From contig JBBQZX010000007.1 in the NCBI GenBank assembly GCA_038207335.1, positions 128,001-192,000 on the forward strand: a stretch of 64,000 nucleotides of DNA. Direction: 5' to 3'. The first letter of the stretch is position 1. Each line of letters opens with the position of its first letter. Below are positions 17,307 through 27,494 of the stretch, piece after piece. The notes below the pieces were generated by a model, which had not been told where the DNA came from, made no database searches, and saw only the letters and a list, made by a program, of their open reading frames with translations. The stretch is from Chthoniobacterales bacterium. Lineage in GTDB: Bacteria; Verrucomicrobiota; Verrucomicrobiia; Chthoniobacterales; Chthoniobacteraceae. The translations under genes were made by a program, and so were the position numbers.

Positions 17307-20300
17307 TCAGGAAGCCCCCGCCGTTGCCAACTCGCGCAGTGCGTACTCGAGCTGGTGGAAATCCACCGGCTTCACCAGATGCAGTGCGAAGCCCGCTTCG
17401 CGCGAACGCGCGAGATCCTCTTCCATTCCGTATCCGCTAAGCGCGATCCCTCGCAGGCCGTAGCGGCTGTGCAACTCGCGCATTAGGTCGGTGCCTGTGC
17501 CGTCCGGCAGACCGAGGTCCGAGATGACAGCGTCGAATTTCGCACCCGCCGCAACTTTCAATGCGTCACCCACCGTGCTCGCAGTGAGCACTCTGTGGCC
17601 CGCGCGCACAAGCAACCGCGAGAGGACTTGCAGCGTCGGCTCGTGATCCTCGACCAGCAGCAGACGCAGCGGTGCCACCTGCACGCGAGCCTGCCGAGGA
17701 GCCCCCGGAAGCTGCGGCTGAGAGGAAAGCTCCGTCGCTGGCGTCACACCCGAGGGCGGTGCGACCGCGCCGGGCAGCTCCACCACGAAAGTTGCACCGT
17801 GCCCCGAGCCCTCACTTCTTGCGGCGATCGTCCCCCCATGCAGATCGACGATCGCACGGGCGATGGCGAGCCCGAGCCCCATCCCGCCGAAGCGATGATC
17901 GTTCACCAAACCGGCCTGCTCAAACGGAAGAAAGATCGCGTTGAGCGCCTCAGGGGCGATCCCGATCCCACTGTCGCGCACCTCGATATGCAGCGCCGCC
18001 GAGCCGTCCGCAGAGAGCGCATCTGTCGTGCGGATCGCGATTTCCCCGCCTCGCGGCGTGAATTTCACAGCGTTGCGCAAAAGGTTCCAAATCACCTGCT
18101 GAAAACGCGCGGGGTCGGCCATGAGCCCACTCCGCTCCGCGGTAAATTCGCGCTTCAGCTCGATCCCCTTCCCCTGCGCGTCGTCCCGCACGATCTCCAC
18201 CGCGAGGCCGATGAGCGAGTGCGCGTCGCACGCCTGCAGCCGCAGGTCGAGTTTGCCCTTTGCGATGCGCGTGAGGTCGAGGAGGTCGTCGATCAGCCGC
18301 GCCTCGAGAGCGATATTCCGCTCCATCATTCCAAGCTGCTCGCGCGCGTCTGCGGGCAGGCGCTCATCCTCGCGCAGCGTCGCGGCAATCATCAGCACGG
18401 GGGTCAGCGGCGTCCGCAGCTCGTGCGAGAGCGCGGCGAGAAAATCGTCCTTTGCCTTCGACGCGCTCTCCGCGACGACGCGCGCGCGTTCAGCTTCATC
18501 CCGGCTGTCCTTTGCAGCAGCTTCCGCATGGACGAAATCCTCAATGTCCGTGCACGTGCCGAACCACCGGATAATTGCCCCACTTTCATCCCGCACCGGG
18601 AGACCACGCCCAAGAAACCAGCGGTAGCTTCCGTCCGACTGGTCGCGGAATCGGTATCGGATTTCGTAGTCCTCGCCCGTGCGCACGCTCGAGTACCAGC
18701 GCTCAACGCTTCGCTCCGCATCGTCCGGATGAAGGACTCTGATCCACGCATCGTCCAGCGACTCGCCTTCACCCCGTCCTGTGAATTCGTACCAACGGCG
18801 GTTAAAATACTCCGCGTCCCCATTCGGGCTCGCCATCCATACGATTTGCGGCATCGCATCCGCAAGCTGCCGCAGACGCGCCGCGCTCGCTGTCAGATCC
18901 GCCGCCGCCCTTTGCCGCTCCGTGATATCCCGCACGAATCCGCCAAAAAGCGGCGGCTCGGTTCCAGGGATGTGATTGATGGAAAGCTCGCACGGGAATT
19001 CGCTCCCATCGCCACGGATTGCCGGCAACTCGTAGCGCTGCCCGAGGATCCGCGCTTCACGCGTCGCCACATAACGCGCGATCCCTTGCGCGTGCCGCTC
19101 CCGCAGCCGCTCGGGAACAACGACTTCCCCGAGGGATTTACCAAGCACGTCCTCCTTTTTCGCGGAGAAGATCTCCTCGGCCGCCGAGTTCCAATCCGCG
19201 ATTCGCCCCTCGTGGTCCATTAAAATGAAACCGTCCAACGACGTGTTAATAATCGCGGTTTTCAGCACCTCGCTCGCGCCGAGTGCCGCCTCCGACGCGC
19301 GCCTCTCCAGCCATTGCGCGATCGTCCCGGCAATCGGCTCCAGGTCGCCCAACACGGTCAGAGAAAGAGGATGCCGTGCAAAAAGCGCAATCACCCCGAG
19401 CATGCGCGACTCGACCAAAAGCGGGTAGCCCGCGAACGCCACCATTCCCTCACGCTTTGCCCACTCGGGGTCGCCGATATTCGGGTCGTGCGCCACGTCA
19501 TTCGTGAGGTGAGCAGTGCGCCGCTGCGCGATGCGCCCGATTTTAAACTCACCCACAGGCACCCGGCCATGCGGCCCATTCAGATGCGTGTACATCCCTG
19601 CGCTCGCTCGCATCTCGAGCATTTGCTCCCGCGCGTTCAGCGTCCACACGCGCGCAAATGCCCCGTCGAGATGCCGCACAAGCGCCTCGCACACGCCCTT
19701 CAGAATCGCATCGACCGGATCGGGTTTTGTAAGCAGCGCGGCTATTTGCAATCGCAACTCCGAGAGCCGCGCACGCTCCTGCACCTCCGCCTCCGCCCGT
19801 GCCCGCGCAATGATCGCCCAGCACCGCTCCGCCACTTCCTCCACGAGCGCCACCTCGTTCGCCGTCCAGTTTCGCGAACGTGTCTGATGCACGGCCATCA
19901 TCGCCCGCAGCGTCCCGTCTTTGACCAGCGGGCAGCAGACGATCGCCTTGATATCGATCGCGCTGAAAGTCGACGCGCCCTCCCCCGGCTTCAGTTCCAC
20001 ATCCACATCGCGGAGGACCAAGGTCCGCCCCGCGCGCATGTCCGCAGCCGCGCGCGTACCGAAAAGATCGAGGTGATACCGCCCCACCGTGCTGGCACAC
20101 CCGTCCGCGTAATCGTGCTGAATCGTGAACCCTTCGCCATCGTCCGCCACATCGGCGTATGCGCATCGCGAGACATTCAGGTGTTTCCCTAAAAGCTCCG
20201 CGATCACCTCGAGAATTGCATTCGCCTCTGTCAGCGAACGCGTTGCTTCCCCGAGCTGATTTAGAAAACGAAACCGCGCCTCGCTAGCCAAAAGCGCCAA

Positions 20301-21386
20301 CTCCGCGATGCGTTTTTCGCCTACGTCATGAAAGACGAGGATCACGCCGCGCACCTCGCCCTCGTCATCCAAAATCGGCGCTGCACTGTCCTCAATCGCC
20401 GTCTCGCGCCCGTCACGGTTCCGCAGCACCGTGTGATTTGCGAGTCCTACGACAACTCGCTCCCGCAACACCCGTGTCACCGGATTTTCCGCAATCCCAC
20501 CCGTTTGCTCATTGAAAATCTCAAACACCTCCGCCAGATCGCGCCCATGCGCCTCGGCGCTGGTCCAGCCCATGAGTTTCTCGGCCACCGGATTCAGAAA
20601 CACCACCTCGCCCTTCGCATTTGTTGCCGCGACCGCGTCGCCGATCGAGCGCAATGTCACACGCAACTCCGCCTCGCGCCGCTCCGAGGCCGCGAGGCTC
20701 TCGGAGTAGGTGGCACTCAGGTCCCGCATCCGACGCCGCTGCCAGAGTATGCCAAAAGGCATCGCCACAAGCCCCAATAGAGCGATGCCAGAAATCACCG
20801 TCACACGCAGCAGATGCGCGCGCTGCCTGCGCTCGATTCGCACCGAATATTCATGCCTCAACAGCGCATCGAACCGCGCCCGCACCGCATCCATCAGCGC
20901 CTTCCCGCGGAGGTTCGTCTCCACGGACGCGGACTTATCCGGCGCGGACCGGCGCATGGCGACAGCCTCCTTGCCAAAGGCCAGCCACGCGGAAAGCTCT
21001 CGTTTCAAAGCCGCGCTGCTCGCGACCTGAGCAGGATTATCCGCGACGCGATCTGCGAGGGTTTCCAAGCCACTCGCAAGCGGCTCGCGCGCCGCTTCAA
21101 ATGGCTCCAGAAACCGTTCATCGCCGCTTATCTGAAATCCCCGCACGCCCACCTCCATGTCCAACGCGAGCTTCTCGAGTTCGTGAACCTCGGTAATCAC
21201 ATCGCTCGAGTGGCTGGCCAATTCCGCAGAGCGGAATAGGTAAAGCGTCAGTCCCAGGAGGATCAGCGCCGGGATGCCAAAGATCAACGCAGTGGCGACC
21301 GTCCCGCGGCGCAGGAGCTGGCGGAAAACTGAGCGATCCGGCAGCGCCACCGTCGGGCGGGCGGGAATGGCGAAAAGTTCGGGCAT
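17307..21386 (-). CDS. Multi-sensor hybrid histidine kinase (CHASE3-PAS-GAF-GAF-PAS-PAS-HisKA-HATPase-REC)
   Basis: TM-CHASE3 (E.GVRGFQISGDERFLEPF)-TM; PAS (SIGDAV..NPVAE); two GAF segments; LSHELRTPL; NAVKFT; LLVEDH..SDLGLPDG. Confidence 0.92.
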   Translation of the reverse strand: MPELFAIPARPTVALPDRSVFRQLLRRGTVATALIFGIPALILLGLTLYLFRSAELASHSSDVITEVHELEKLALDMEVGVRGFQISGDERFLEPFEAAREPLASGLETLADRVADNPAQVASSAALKRELSAWLAFGKEAVAMRRSAPDKSASVETNLRGKALMDAVRARFDALLRHEYSVRIERRQRAHLLRVTVISGIALLGLVAMPFGILWQRRRMRDLSATYSESLAASERREAELRVTLRSIGDAVAATNAKGEVVFLNPVAEKLMGWTSAEAHGRDLAEVFEIFNEQTGGIAENPVTRVLRERVVVGLANHTVLRNRDGRETAIEDSAAPILDDEGEVRGVILVFHDVGEKRIAELALLASEARFRFLNQLGEATRSLTEANAILEVIAELLGKHLNVSRCAYADVADDGEGFTIQHDYADGCASTVGRYHLDLFGTRAAADMRAGRTLVLRDVDVELKPGEGASTFSAIDIKAIVCCPLVKDGTLRAMMAVHQTRSRNWTANEVALVEEVAERCWAIIARARAEAEVQERARLSELRLQIAALLTKPDPVDAILKGVCEALVRHLDGAFARVWTLNAREQMLEMRASAGMYTHLNGPHGRVPVGEFKIGRIAQRRTAHLTNDVAHDPNIGDPEWAKREGMVAFAGYPLLVESRMLGVIALFARHPLSLTVLGDLEPIAGTIAQWLERRASEAALGASEVLKTAIINTSLDGFILMDHEGRIADWNSAAEEIFSAKKEDVLGKSLGEVVVPERLRERHAQGIARYVATREARILGQRYELPAIRGDGSEFPCELSINHIPGTEPPLFGGFVRDITERQRAAADLTASAARLRQLADAMPQIVWMASPNGDAEYFNRRWYEFTGRGEGESLDDAWIRVLHPDDAERSVERWYSSVRTGEDYEIRYRFRDQSDGSYRWFLGRGLPVRDESGAIIRWFGTCTDIEDFVHAEAAAKDSRDEAERARVVAESASKAKDDFLAALSHELRTPLTPVLMIAATLREDERLPADAREQLGMMERNIALEARLIDDLLDLTRIAKGKLDLRLQACDAHSLIGLAVEIVRDDAQGKGIELKREFTAERSGLMADPARFQQVIWNLLRNAVKFTPRGGEIAIRTTDALSADGSAALHIEVRDSGIGIAPEALNAIFLPFEQAGLVNDHRFGGMGLGLAIARAIVDLHGGTIAARSEGSGHGATFVVELPGAVAPPSGVTPATELSSQPQLPGAPRQARVQVAPLRLLLVEDHEPTLQVLSRLLVRAGHRVLTASTVGDALKVAAGAKFDAVISDLGLPDGTGTDLMRELHSRYGLRGIALSGYGMEEDLARSREAGFALHLVKPVDFHQLEYALRELATAGAS

Positions 21387-21588
21387 GGAATGAGCGGCGA
21401 ATCGCGCTGGGCAGCTTTGTCAGTGCATCGGGGCGGCCCGGCGCGAAGCCGGGAAAAGTCGGTGACTCCCACTGAAAATCCAATCTAGATTATCAGGCAC
21501 GCCGTTCATTTTTCCAAAATCGTGAACCACTTTACCCCCGGCTGTGTGCGGCTTGCTTTCCAAGCCGCATGCGGTCAGCCATTGGAAG

Positions 21589-24500
21589 ATGAAGGTCCTC
21601 ACCGCAGCCGCCGCGATCCTCCTCGCGATCACATTCTCCACCCGCGCGGAGGAAGGTGCTCCCGTCCGAATCAATGCGCGGCTCATGCAAATGCCGAGCG
21701 TCTCAGCAACCCAAATTGCCTTCGTCTATGCCGGCGACATCTGGATCGCGCCGCGCGAAGGCGGCGCTGCCGTGCGTCTCAGTTCTCCACGAGGGCTCGA
21801 GACTTTTCCGCGTTTTTCACCCGATGGGTCACAGATTGCATTCAGCGGAAATTACGAAGGGAACACCGACATCTATGTGATGCCCGTGAATGGCGGCGAG
21901 CCCCTCCGAGTTACCCACCACGGCTCGCCAGACCGCATGCTTGCTTGGTTCCCGGACGGTCGCTCCATTTTATACGCATCGGAAATGGCGAGCTTCACCT
22001 CGCGCGTTGGGCAGCTCTACCAAGTCCCCGCGACCGGTGGTTTGCCACAAAAGCTGCCCGTGCCGTACGGCGAATTCGGCGCGGTCTCGCCAGACGGGAA
22101 ACTGCTCGCATACACCACGGTCTCCACCGATTTCGCGACATGGAAACGCTACCGCGGCGGCATGACGCCGGATATCTGGCTCTTCAATCTCGCCAACGGC
22201 ACCGCTGAAAACATCACGCACAGCGACTCGAACGATTCGCAACCGATGTGGCACGGCTCCACGCTCTACTTTCTCTCCGACCGCGATGAGAGCAGCCGCC
22301 AAAACATCTGGGCGTACGACATCGAGAAAAAGGAGACGCGGCAGGTCACCCACTTCACCGATTTCGACGTGCATTTTCCGAGCATCGGGCCGGACGCCAT
22401 CGTTTTTGAGCACGGCGGCGGGCTGCAACTCCTCGACCTTGCCAGCGGGAAGGCGCATGGCGTCGATATCACCGTCGTAACCGACCGGGCCACGCTCCGT
22501 CCGCGGGTCGAAAATGTGGGCGGCCTCATCCACAACGGCACGATCTCGCCCACTGGAAAGCGCGCGCTTTTCGAGGCGCGCGGCGAGGTTTTCAGCGTCC
22601 CCGCGGAGCACGGCGTGGAACGAAATCTCACCGAGTCAAGCGGCTTCGCCGAGCGCTACCCCGCTTGGTCGCCGGATGGAAAATGGATCGCTTATTTCAG
22701 CGACCGCACCGGCGAATACGAGTTGACCATCCGGCCTGTTGACCTCACCGCTCCGCGCGCCGGCGACCCCGAGCAGACGCTCACGAAACTCGGCCCTGGC
22801 TGGCGCTACCAGCCCACCTGGTCGCCCGACAGCGGCAAGCTCGTCTTCATCGACAGCGCGATGCAAATCCACCTCCACGACATCGCGAAAAAAACCACCG
22901 AGATCATCGACAAAGAGCTCTGGCTTTACCACGGCGAGCTCGAGCGATTCCACATCGCGTGGTCCGCCGACAGCCGCTGGATCACCTACGCCGGCGACAT
23001 GGAGAATCGCCAGAGCGCGATCATTCTTTACGACACGCTCGAGAAAAAAAGGCACGTCGCCACCACTGGATTTTTTGACGACGATCTCCCTGTTTTCGAC
23101 CCGGACGGGAAGTATCTTTTCTACCGCACGAAGCGCTGGTTCAACGCGATCTACAGCGAGTTCGAGCCGACCTGGATCTACGCAAACGGACAGGCTCTCG
23201 TCGCCATCCCACTCCGCCGCGACATCCCATCCCCGCTCGCCCCGCGCGACGACGAAGAGTCCAGCGCCAAACCCGCCGAGCCGAGGAAAGCCCCCGATAA
23301 AGACGAGCCGAAACCCGAAACCGGAGTGGATTTAGCTGTCCCGAAAATCGCCCAGACAAATCTCAAGGAAGGAGAGCCTGTCGAGCCGGGAAAGCCCGTC
23401 CCGCCTAAGCCTCCAGGCGAGGCACCGAAAAAGCCGGAGGACAAAAAGCCGAAGCCGGTGGTCATCGACTTCGACGATTTCGAGTCCCGCGCGGTCGTGC
23501 TGCCGCCCGGCGGCGGGCAGTTCCGAGACCTCGTCGCAATCCCCGGAAAGCTGCTTTTCACCCGCGCCCCGCGCGCCGGCTCCGACACGAAGACGCACCC
23601 GCTTTCCGCTTACGATCTCGCAAAGCGCGACGAGAAGCTGCTGCTCGACGACGCCGATTCCATCGAGCTTTCCGCCGATGGGAAGAAGCTGCTCGTCTCG
23701 CGTCAAAAAGCGTGGGGTATCATCAATCCCTTCGTCACCGAGCCGCAGCGGATCGACAAGCCGCTCGCGACCGGCGGGCTCGAGGCCGTCATCGATCCGG
23801 CACAGGAATGGCGGCAGATTTTCAACGACGCGTGGCGCATCGAGCGCGACTTTTTCTACGACCCAAACATGCACGGCGTGGACTGGTCCGCGATGCGCGA
23901 GCGATACGGCGCGCTCATCGGCGACGCCGTCACGCGCTGGGATGTGAACTACATCCTCGGCGAGCTGCTCGGCGAAATGAACGTGTCGCACGCTTACCGC
24001 GCGGGCGGTGATCTCGAGGGCTCGGCAACGCGTTCGGTCGGTTACCTCGGGTGCGATTTTTCACTCGATCAGGGCGCGTATCGCATCGCAAAAATCCTGC
24101 AGGTCGCGCCGTGGGAATACACGATTCGCTCGCCGCTCAGCGACCCGGCTTTGAAAATCAAAGAGGGCGACTGGCTGCTCGCCGTAAATGGCCGCGCGAT
24201 CGATACGAGCAAGGATCCGTGGGCCGCGTTTCAGGGCCTCGGCGACAAGCCGGTTTACATCACGGTGAACTCCAAACCTTCACTGGAAGGGGCTCGCGAG
24301 GTGCTCGTGCAAACCACTTCCAATGAAACGTGGCTGCGCCAATACGCATGGCGCGAGGCGAATCGCCGACGCGTCGAGCAGGCCAGCGGCGGGCGCATTG
24401 GCTACATTTACGTGCCGAATACAGCAGTGGACGGGCAGAACGAATTGTTCCGCCAATTTCGCGCGCAGTTCACGAAGCCCGGGCTCATCATCGACGAGCG

Positions 24501-24999
24501 CTGGAATTCCGGCGGTCAGATTCCCGACCGCTTCGTCGAGTTGCTCGGGCGAAAAGCGACGGTCTTTTGGGGCGTGCGCGACGGGCACGATTGGCAGACG
24601 CCGCAGATCGCGCACAACGGCCCAAAAGCCATCCTCGCAAACGGCTGGAGCGGCTCCGGCGGCGACTGCTTCGCGTGGCTTTTCAAAAACAGCGGGCTCG
24701 GCCCGTTCATCGGCCAGCGCACATGGGGCGGGCTCATCGGCATGACCGGCGCGCCGCAGTTCGTCGATGGCGGTCACGTCACCGTACCGACCTTCAGCAT
24801 CTACGACCCGACCGGCAATTGGATCATCGAAGGGCACGGCGTTGACCCGGACATCCCCGTCGTCGATGACCCCGCGCAGCTTGCAAAAGGCATCGACCCG
24901 CAACTCGAGCGCGCCATCCAGGAAGTCGTAAAGCAACTCGACGCGCACCCGCCCGTTTCGCCAAAACGCCCCGGATACCCCAACCGCTCAGGGCACTGA
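21589..24999 (+). CDS. Tricorn-like protease (S41 family) with PD40 beta-propellers and PDZ domain
   Basis: Signal peptide; FSPDG repeats; WKRYRGG; FYDPNMHGVDW; SHAY; DERWNSGG; SGSGGD; RTWGGLIG; IEGHGVDPDI. Confidence 0.93.
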   Translation: MKVLTAAAAILLAITFSTRAEEGAPVRINARLMQMPSVSATQIAFVYAGDIWIAPREGGAAVRLSSPRGLETFPRFSPDGSQIAFSGNYEGNTDIYVMPVNGGEPLRVTHHGSPDRMLAWFPDGRSILYASEMASFTSRVGQLYQVPATGGLPQKLPVPYGEFGAVSPDGKLLAYTTVSTDFATWKRYRGGMTPDIWLFNLANGTAENITHSDSNDSQPMWHGSTLYFLSDRDESSRQNIWAYDIEKKETRQVTHFTDFDVHFPSIGPDAIVFEHGGGLQLLDLASGKAHGVDITVVTDRATLRPRVENVGGLIHNGTISPTGKRALFEARGEVFSVPAEHGVERNLTESSGFAERYPAWSPDGKWIAYFSDRTGEYELTIRPVDLTAPRAGDPEQTLTKLGPGWRYQPTWSPDSGKLVFIDSAMQIHLHDIAKKTTEIIDKELWLYHGELERFHIAWSADSRWITYAGDMENRQSAIILYDTLEKKRHVATTGFFDDDLPVFDPDGKYLFYRTKRWFNAIYSEFEPTWIYANGQALVAIPLRRDIPSPLAPRDDEESSAKPAEPRKAPDKDEPKPETGVDLAVPKIAQTNLKEGEPVEPGKPVPPKPPGEAPKKPEDKKPKPVVIDFDDFESRAVVLPPGGGQFRDLVAIPGKLLFTRAPRAGSDTKTHPLSAYDLAKRDEKLLLDDADSIELSADGKKLLVSRQKAWGIINPFVTEPQRIDKPLATGGLEAVIDPAQEWRQIFNDAWRIERDFFYDPNMHGVDWSAMRERYGALIGDAVTRWDVNYILGELLGEMNVSHAYRAGGDLEGSATRSVGYLGCDFSLDQGAYRIAKILQVAPWEYTIRSPLSDPALKIKEGDWLLAVNGRAIDTSKDPWAAFQGLGDKPVYITVNSKPSLEGAREVLVQTTSNETWLRQYAWREANRRRVEQASGGRIGYIYVPNTAVDGQNELFRQFRAQFTKPGLIIDERWNSGGQIPDRFVELLGRKATVFWGVRDGHDWQTPQIAHNGPKAILANGWSGSGGDCFAWLFKNSGLGPFIGQRTWGGLIGMTGAPQFVDGGHVTVPTFSIYDPTGNWIIEGHGVDPDIPVVDDPAQLAKGIDPQLERAIQEVVKQLDAHPPVSPKRPGYPNRSGH

Positions 25000-25037
25000 G
25001 ACGGAGTCGTCGATCTCGTAGCGGGCTGTCAGGGAAA

Positions 25038-26336
25038 TCAGATCGGCTCGATCGTCATCGCGCCGGTAGTGATGGTCCACGCGTCGGCAGCGGACATGCG
25101 CTTCAACTCGTGTCCCGCGCCCCAGGAATCGGAAAACAGAATCTCCTGTGTCTTCGTGTTGTAGCCGATGATGAGCCGCATATGCCCGCCGCCGCTCTGC
25201 GGCACACCGGGCTCAGGGCTGAGTCCGAGTTGCACGCACCATAGCACCGGAATGCCGACGTCGATGTGCGACTGCACTTCGCGCTGGAATCGCGCGAGGT
25301 CGGACTTGTTCTTCGTCTTCGCGTCCTTCAGCACGTCGTATTTCATCGCGGCAAAAATCGTGCCGACATTCAACATGTGCCCCTGGTCGGGAATCTCGCT
25401 CTCGTGCGCGCGCTTCGCTGCGCGGTTGTAGTCCTTCATCAGGTCGGTGATGGCCTTCACGTCCTGCTCTTCGACTGCGCGCACGCGCACCCGGAGTCGA
25501 GAGCCGAGCTTCTTGAGCGAGCTCATCATCGCGCCCACGCTTGTGCCTCCTGCGGCGTCGGAATTCGCGATTTGCGCGAGTTCGTTTTCATCGACCGCGT
25601 TGCCGTAGTAGCGCATCACGCGCTCCGTCGAGGCGACCACGCAATAGCCCTTTTGCCCCTGGTCCACCATCGGCACGTCGCCGAGCCAGACATCGCCCGA
25701 AGCCGCGTCGCGCTTCACATGCATCGCCCCCGTGAACTTCGCCCGCGCCGTATTCGACGCGCTCTCGAGCAGGCTCGTCTTGCGCTCTGGCGGTGAGATT
25801 TCCAGTCGTACAAATTCCGCGCGAAAGTCGATGCCGCGCGTCTTTACCTCTTTCGTCGCGCTGTATTCCAGCAGGTATCGCGACTTCGCGGTCTGCCACT
25901 CGCGCCCGTCCGCGCGCACAGCGCTCGTCGCATCTTTTCCGCGCTCGGAAAATTTCGCTCCCGTGGCTTTCGAGATCGCCTCGGACGATTTCGCGATGAG
26001 GGCTTCGTACGCGTCTTTCGTCAGCGTGCCTGCATCGCCGCGCGCGTAGAAAGTGGCGGTGATTTCTTTCAACGCATCCCCCTCGAAACGCGCGACGACT
26101 TCATAAACCGGCAGGTCAAAAAGCGTCATCCCCTGGTTCGCCGCGCGCGCGGAATCCTTCGTGCTCGAGGTCCACCGAAACGGCAGCGATTTCGTCGCCG
26201 CCTGAAATTCATCCTGCTTCAGCGACCACAGTTTGTCCGTGGAAAGCAGAGGGACAAAACTTTGAGCGAATGCGCCGCTCACCGTGGAAAAAATGGCGGC
26301 GACTGCGAGCGTGAAACGAAGCGGGGAGATGGACAT
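25038..26336 (-). CDS. Secreted C39-like cysteine peptidase domain protein
   Basis: Signal peptide; VDQGQKGYCVVAS, GGHMRLIIGYN and FSDSWG give a Gln/Cys/His/Asp set. Confidence 0.7.
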   Translation of the reverse strand: MSISPLRFTLAVAAIFSTVSGAFAQSFVPLLSTDKLWSLKQDEFQAATKSLPFRWTSSTKDSARAANQGMTLFDLPVYEVVARFEGDALKEITATFYARGDAGTLTKDAYEALIAKSSEAISKATGAKFSERGKDATSAVRADGREWQTAKSRYLLEYSATKEVKTRGIDFRAEFVRLEISPPERKTSLLESASNTARAKFTGAMHVKRDAASGDVWLGDVPMVDQGQKGYCVVASTERVMRYYGNAVDENELAQIANSDAAGGTSVGAMMSSLKKLGSRLRVRVRAVEEQDVKAITDLMKDYNRAAKRAHESEIPDQGHMLNVGTIFAAMKYDVLKDAKTKNKSDLARFQREVQSHIDVGIPVLWCVQLGLSPEPGVPQSGGGHMRLIIGYNTKTQEILFSDSWGAGHELKRMSAADAWTITTGAMTIEPI

Positions 26337-26409
26337 GGCGCGGTGGGAAACTGGCGCAGCATTCCACGAAACGCGCCCGCCAGCAATCGCGCGCGATTTT
26401 CCAAACGCG

Positions 26410-27492
26410 CTACGGGACGCGCGGCTGCTGTTGCGTGAGGCAGTGGAATGCGCCGAGGCCCCAGATGAGTTCGCGGCAGTCGATCGGGACGACTTTGCGC
26501 GTGGGGAAGGCTTTTTGCAGGACGGCGAGGGCCCAGCGGTCGTGCGTGTCGGCGAATGTCGGGAGCAGCACGACTTTGTTCGCGATGTAGAAATTCGCGT
26601 AGCTCGCGGGGAGGCGCTGGCCGTCGCGCACCATCTTCGCGGGCATCGGGAGCGTGAGGACTTCGAGTGGCGTGCCGTCCTCGGCGTCCATCGCGCGGAG
26701 CAGCTCTGCGTTCTCGTGGAGCGGCTCGAAGTTCGCGCAATTCGTATCCTCCTCCATCGCGGTGACCACCGTCGCCGGGCCGACGAAACGCGTGAGGTCA
26801 TCGACATGACCGTCGGTGTCGTCGCCCTCGATCCCGTCGCCGAGCCAGAGGATGTTTTTCACTCCGAGAAAATCGCGGAGTCGCTGCTCAATGTCGGCCT
26901 GCTTGAGATCGGGGTTGCGATTGGGATTGAGCAGGCACGAGCGGGTCGTGAGCAAAGTGCCGGTGCCATTCACATCAATCGCGCCCCCTTCGAGCACCAT
27001 GTGCGGAGAGAACACAGGCACGCCCAATTGCTCGCCGACGAGCGCCGGAACAACGTCGTCGTCATCGAACGGTGGATACTTCCAACCCCAAGCGTTGTAG
27101 TCCCAATCAACGATCGCGAGCGATGGCTCTTCTTTTCTCGTGAGGAACATCGGGCCGTGATCGCGGCACCACGGCTCGTTTGTCGCGATGTGGAAAAAGG
27201 TGACGTGGCTGGTTTTGTGGTGCCCGCGCGCGAGGATTTTGCGCACGTCAGCTTCGTGCTCAGCGTCGCAGACGTTGATATTCACGCGCTCCGAATCGCC
27301 GAGCACGTGGACCATTTTTGCGAGCGTCGGCATCACTTTGTCATAGCTGCCGGGGAAGCTGATGCCGTCGCGGCGCGGCCACGAGAGCCAAGTCGCGGAG
27401 TGCGGCTCCCACTCCGCAGGCATGCGGTATCCGAGCGACGCGGGCGTCGAGGCGGGTGCGGGTTCAGGAATCGTCGGCGCGGGTTCTTGCAT
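26410..27492 (-). CDS. aguA: Agmatine deiminase (PPAD family)
   Basis: RMPAEWEPH, WCRDHGP, LEGGAI, DDTDGHVD, ASYANFY, GLGAFHCLTQQ. Confidence 0.92.
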   Translation of the reverse strand: MQEPAPTIPEPAPASTPASLGYRMPAEWEPHSATWLSWPRRDGISFPGSYDKVMPTLAKMVHVLGDSERVNINVCDAEHEADVRKILARGHHKTSHVTFFHIATNEPWCRDHGPMFLTRKEEPSLAIVDWDYNAWGWKYPPFDDDDVVPALVGEQLGVPVFSPHMVLEGGAIDVNGTGTLLTTRSCLLNPNRNPDLKQADIEQRLRDFLGVKNILWLGDGIEGDDTDGHVDDLTRFVGPATVVTAMEEDTNCANFEPLHENAELLRAMDAEDGTPLEVLTLPMPAKMVRDGQRLPASYANFYIANKVVLLPTFADTHDRWALAVLQKAFPTRKVVPIDCRELIWGLGAFHCLTQQQPRVP

Positions 27493-27494
27493 GC

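Noticed and set aside
25038..26807. Long upstream extensions of ORFs (also 30788..32326, 39633..41807, 45896..47362)
   Set aside because: The extensions overlap neighbouring real genes; starts were trimmed to signal peptides or domain boundaries.
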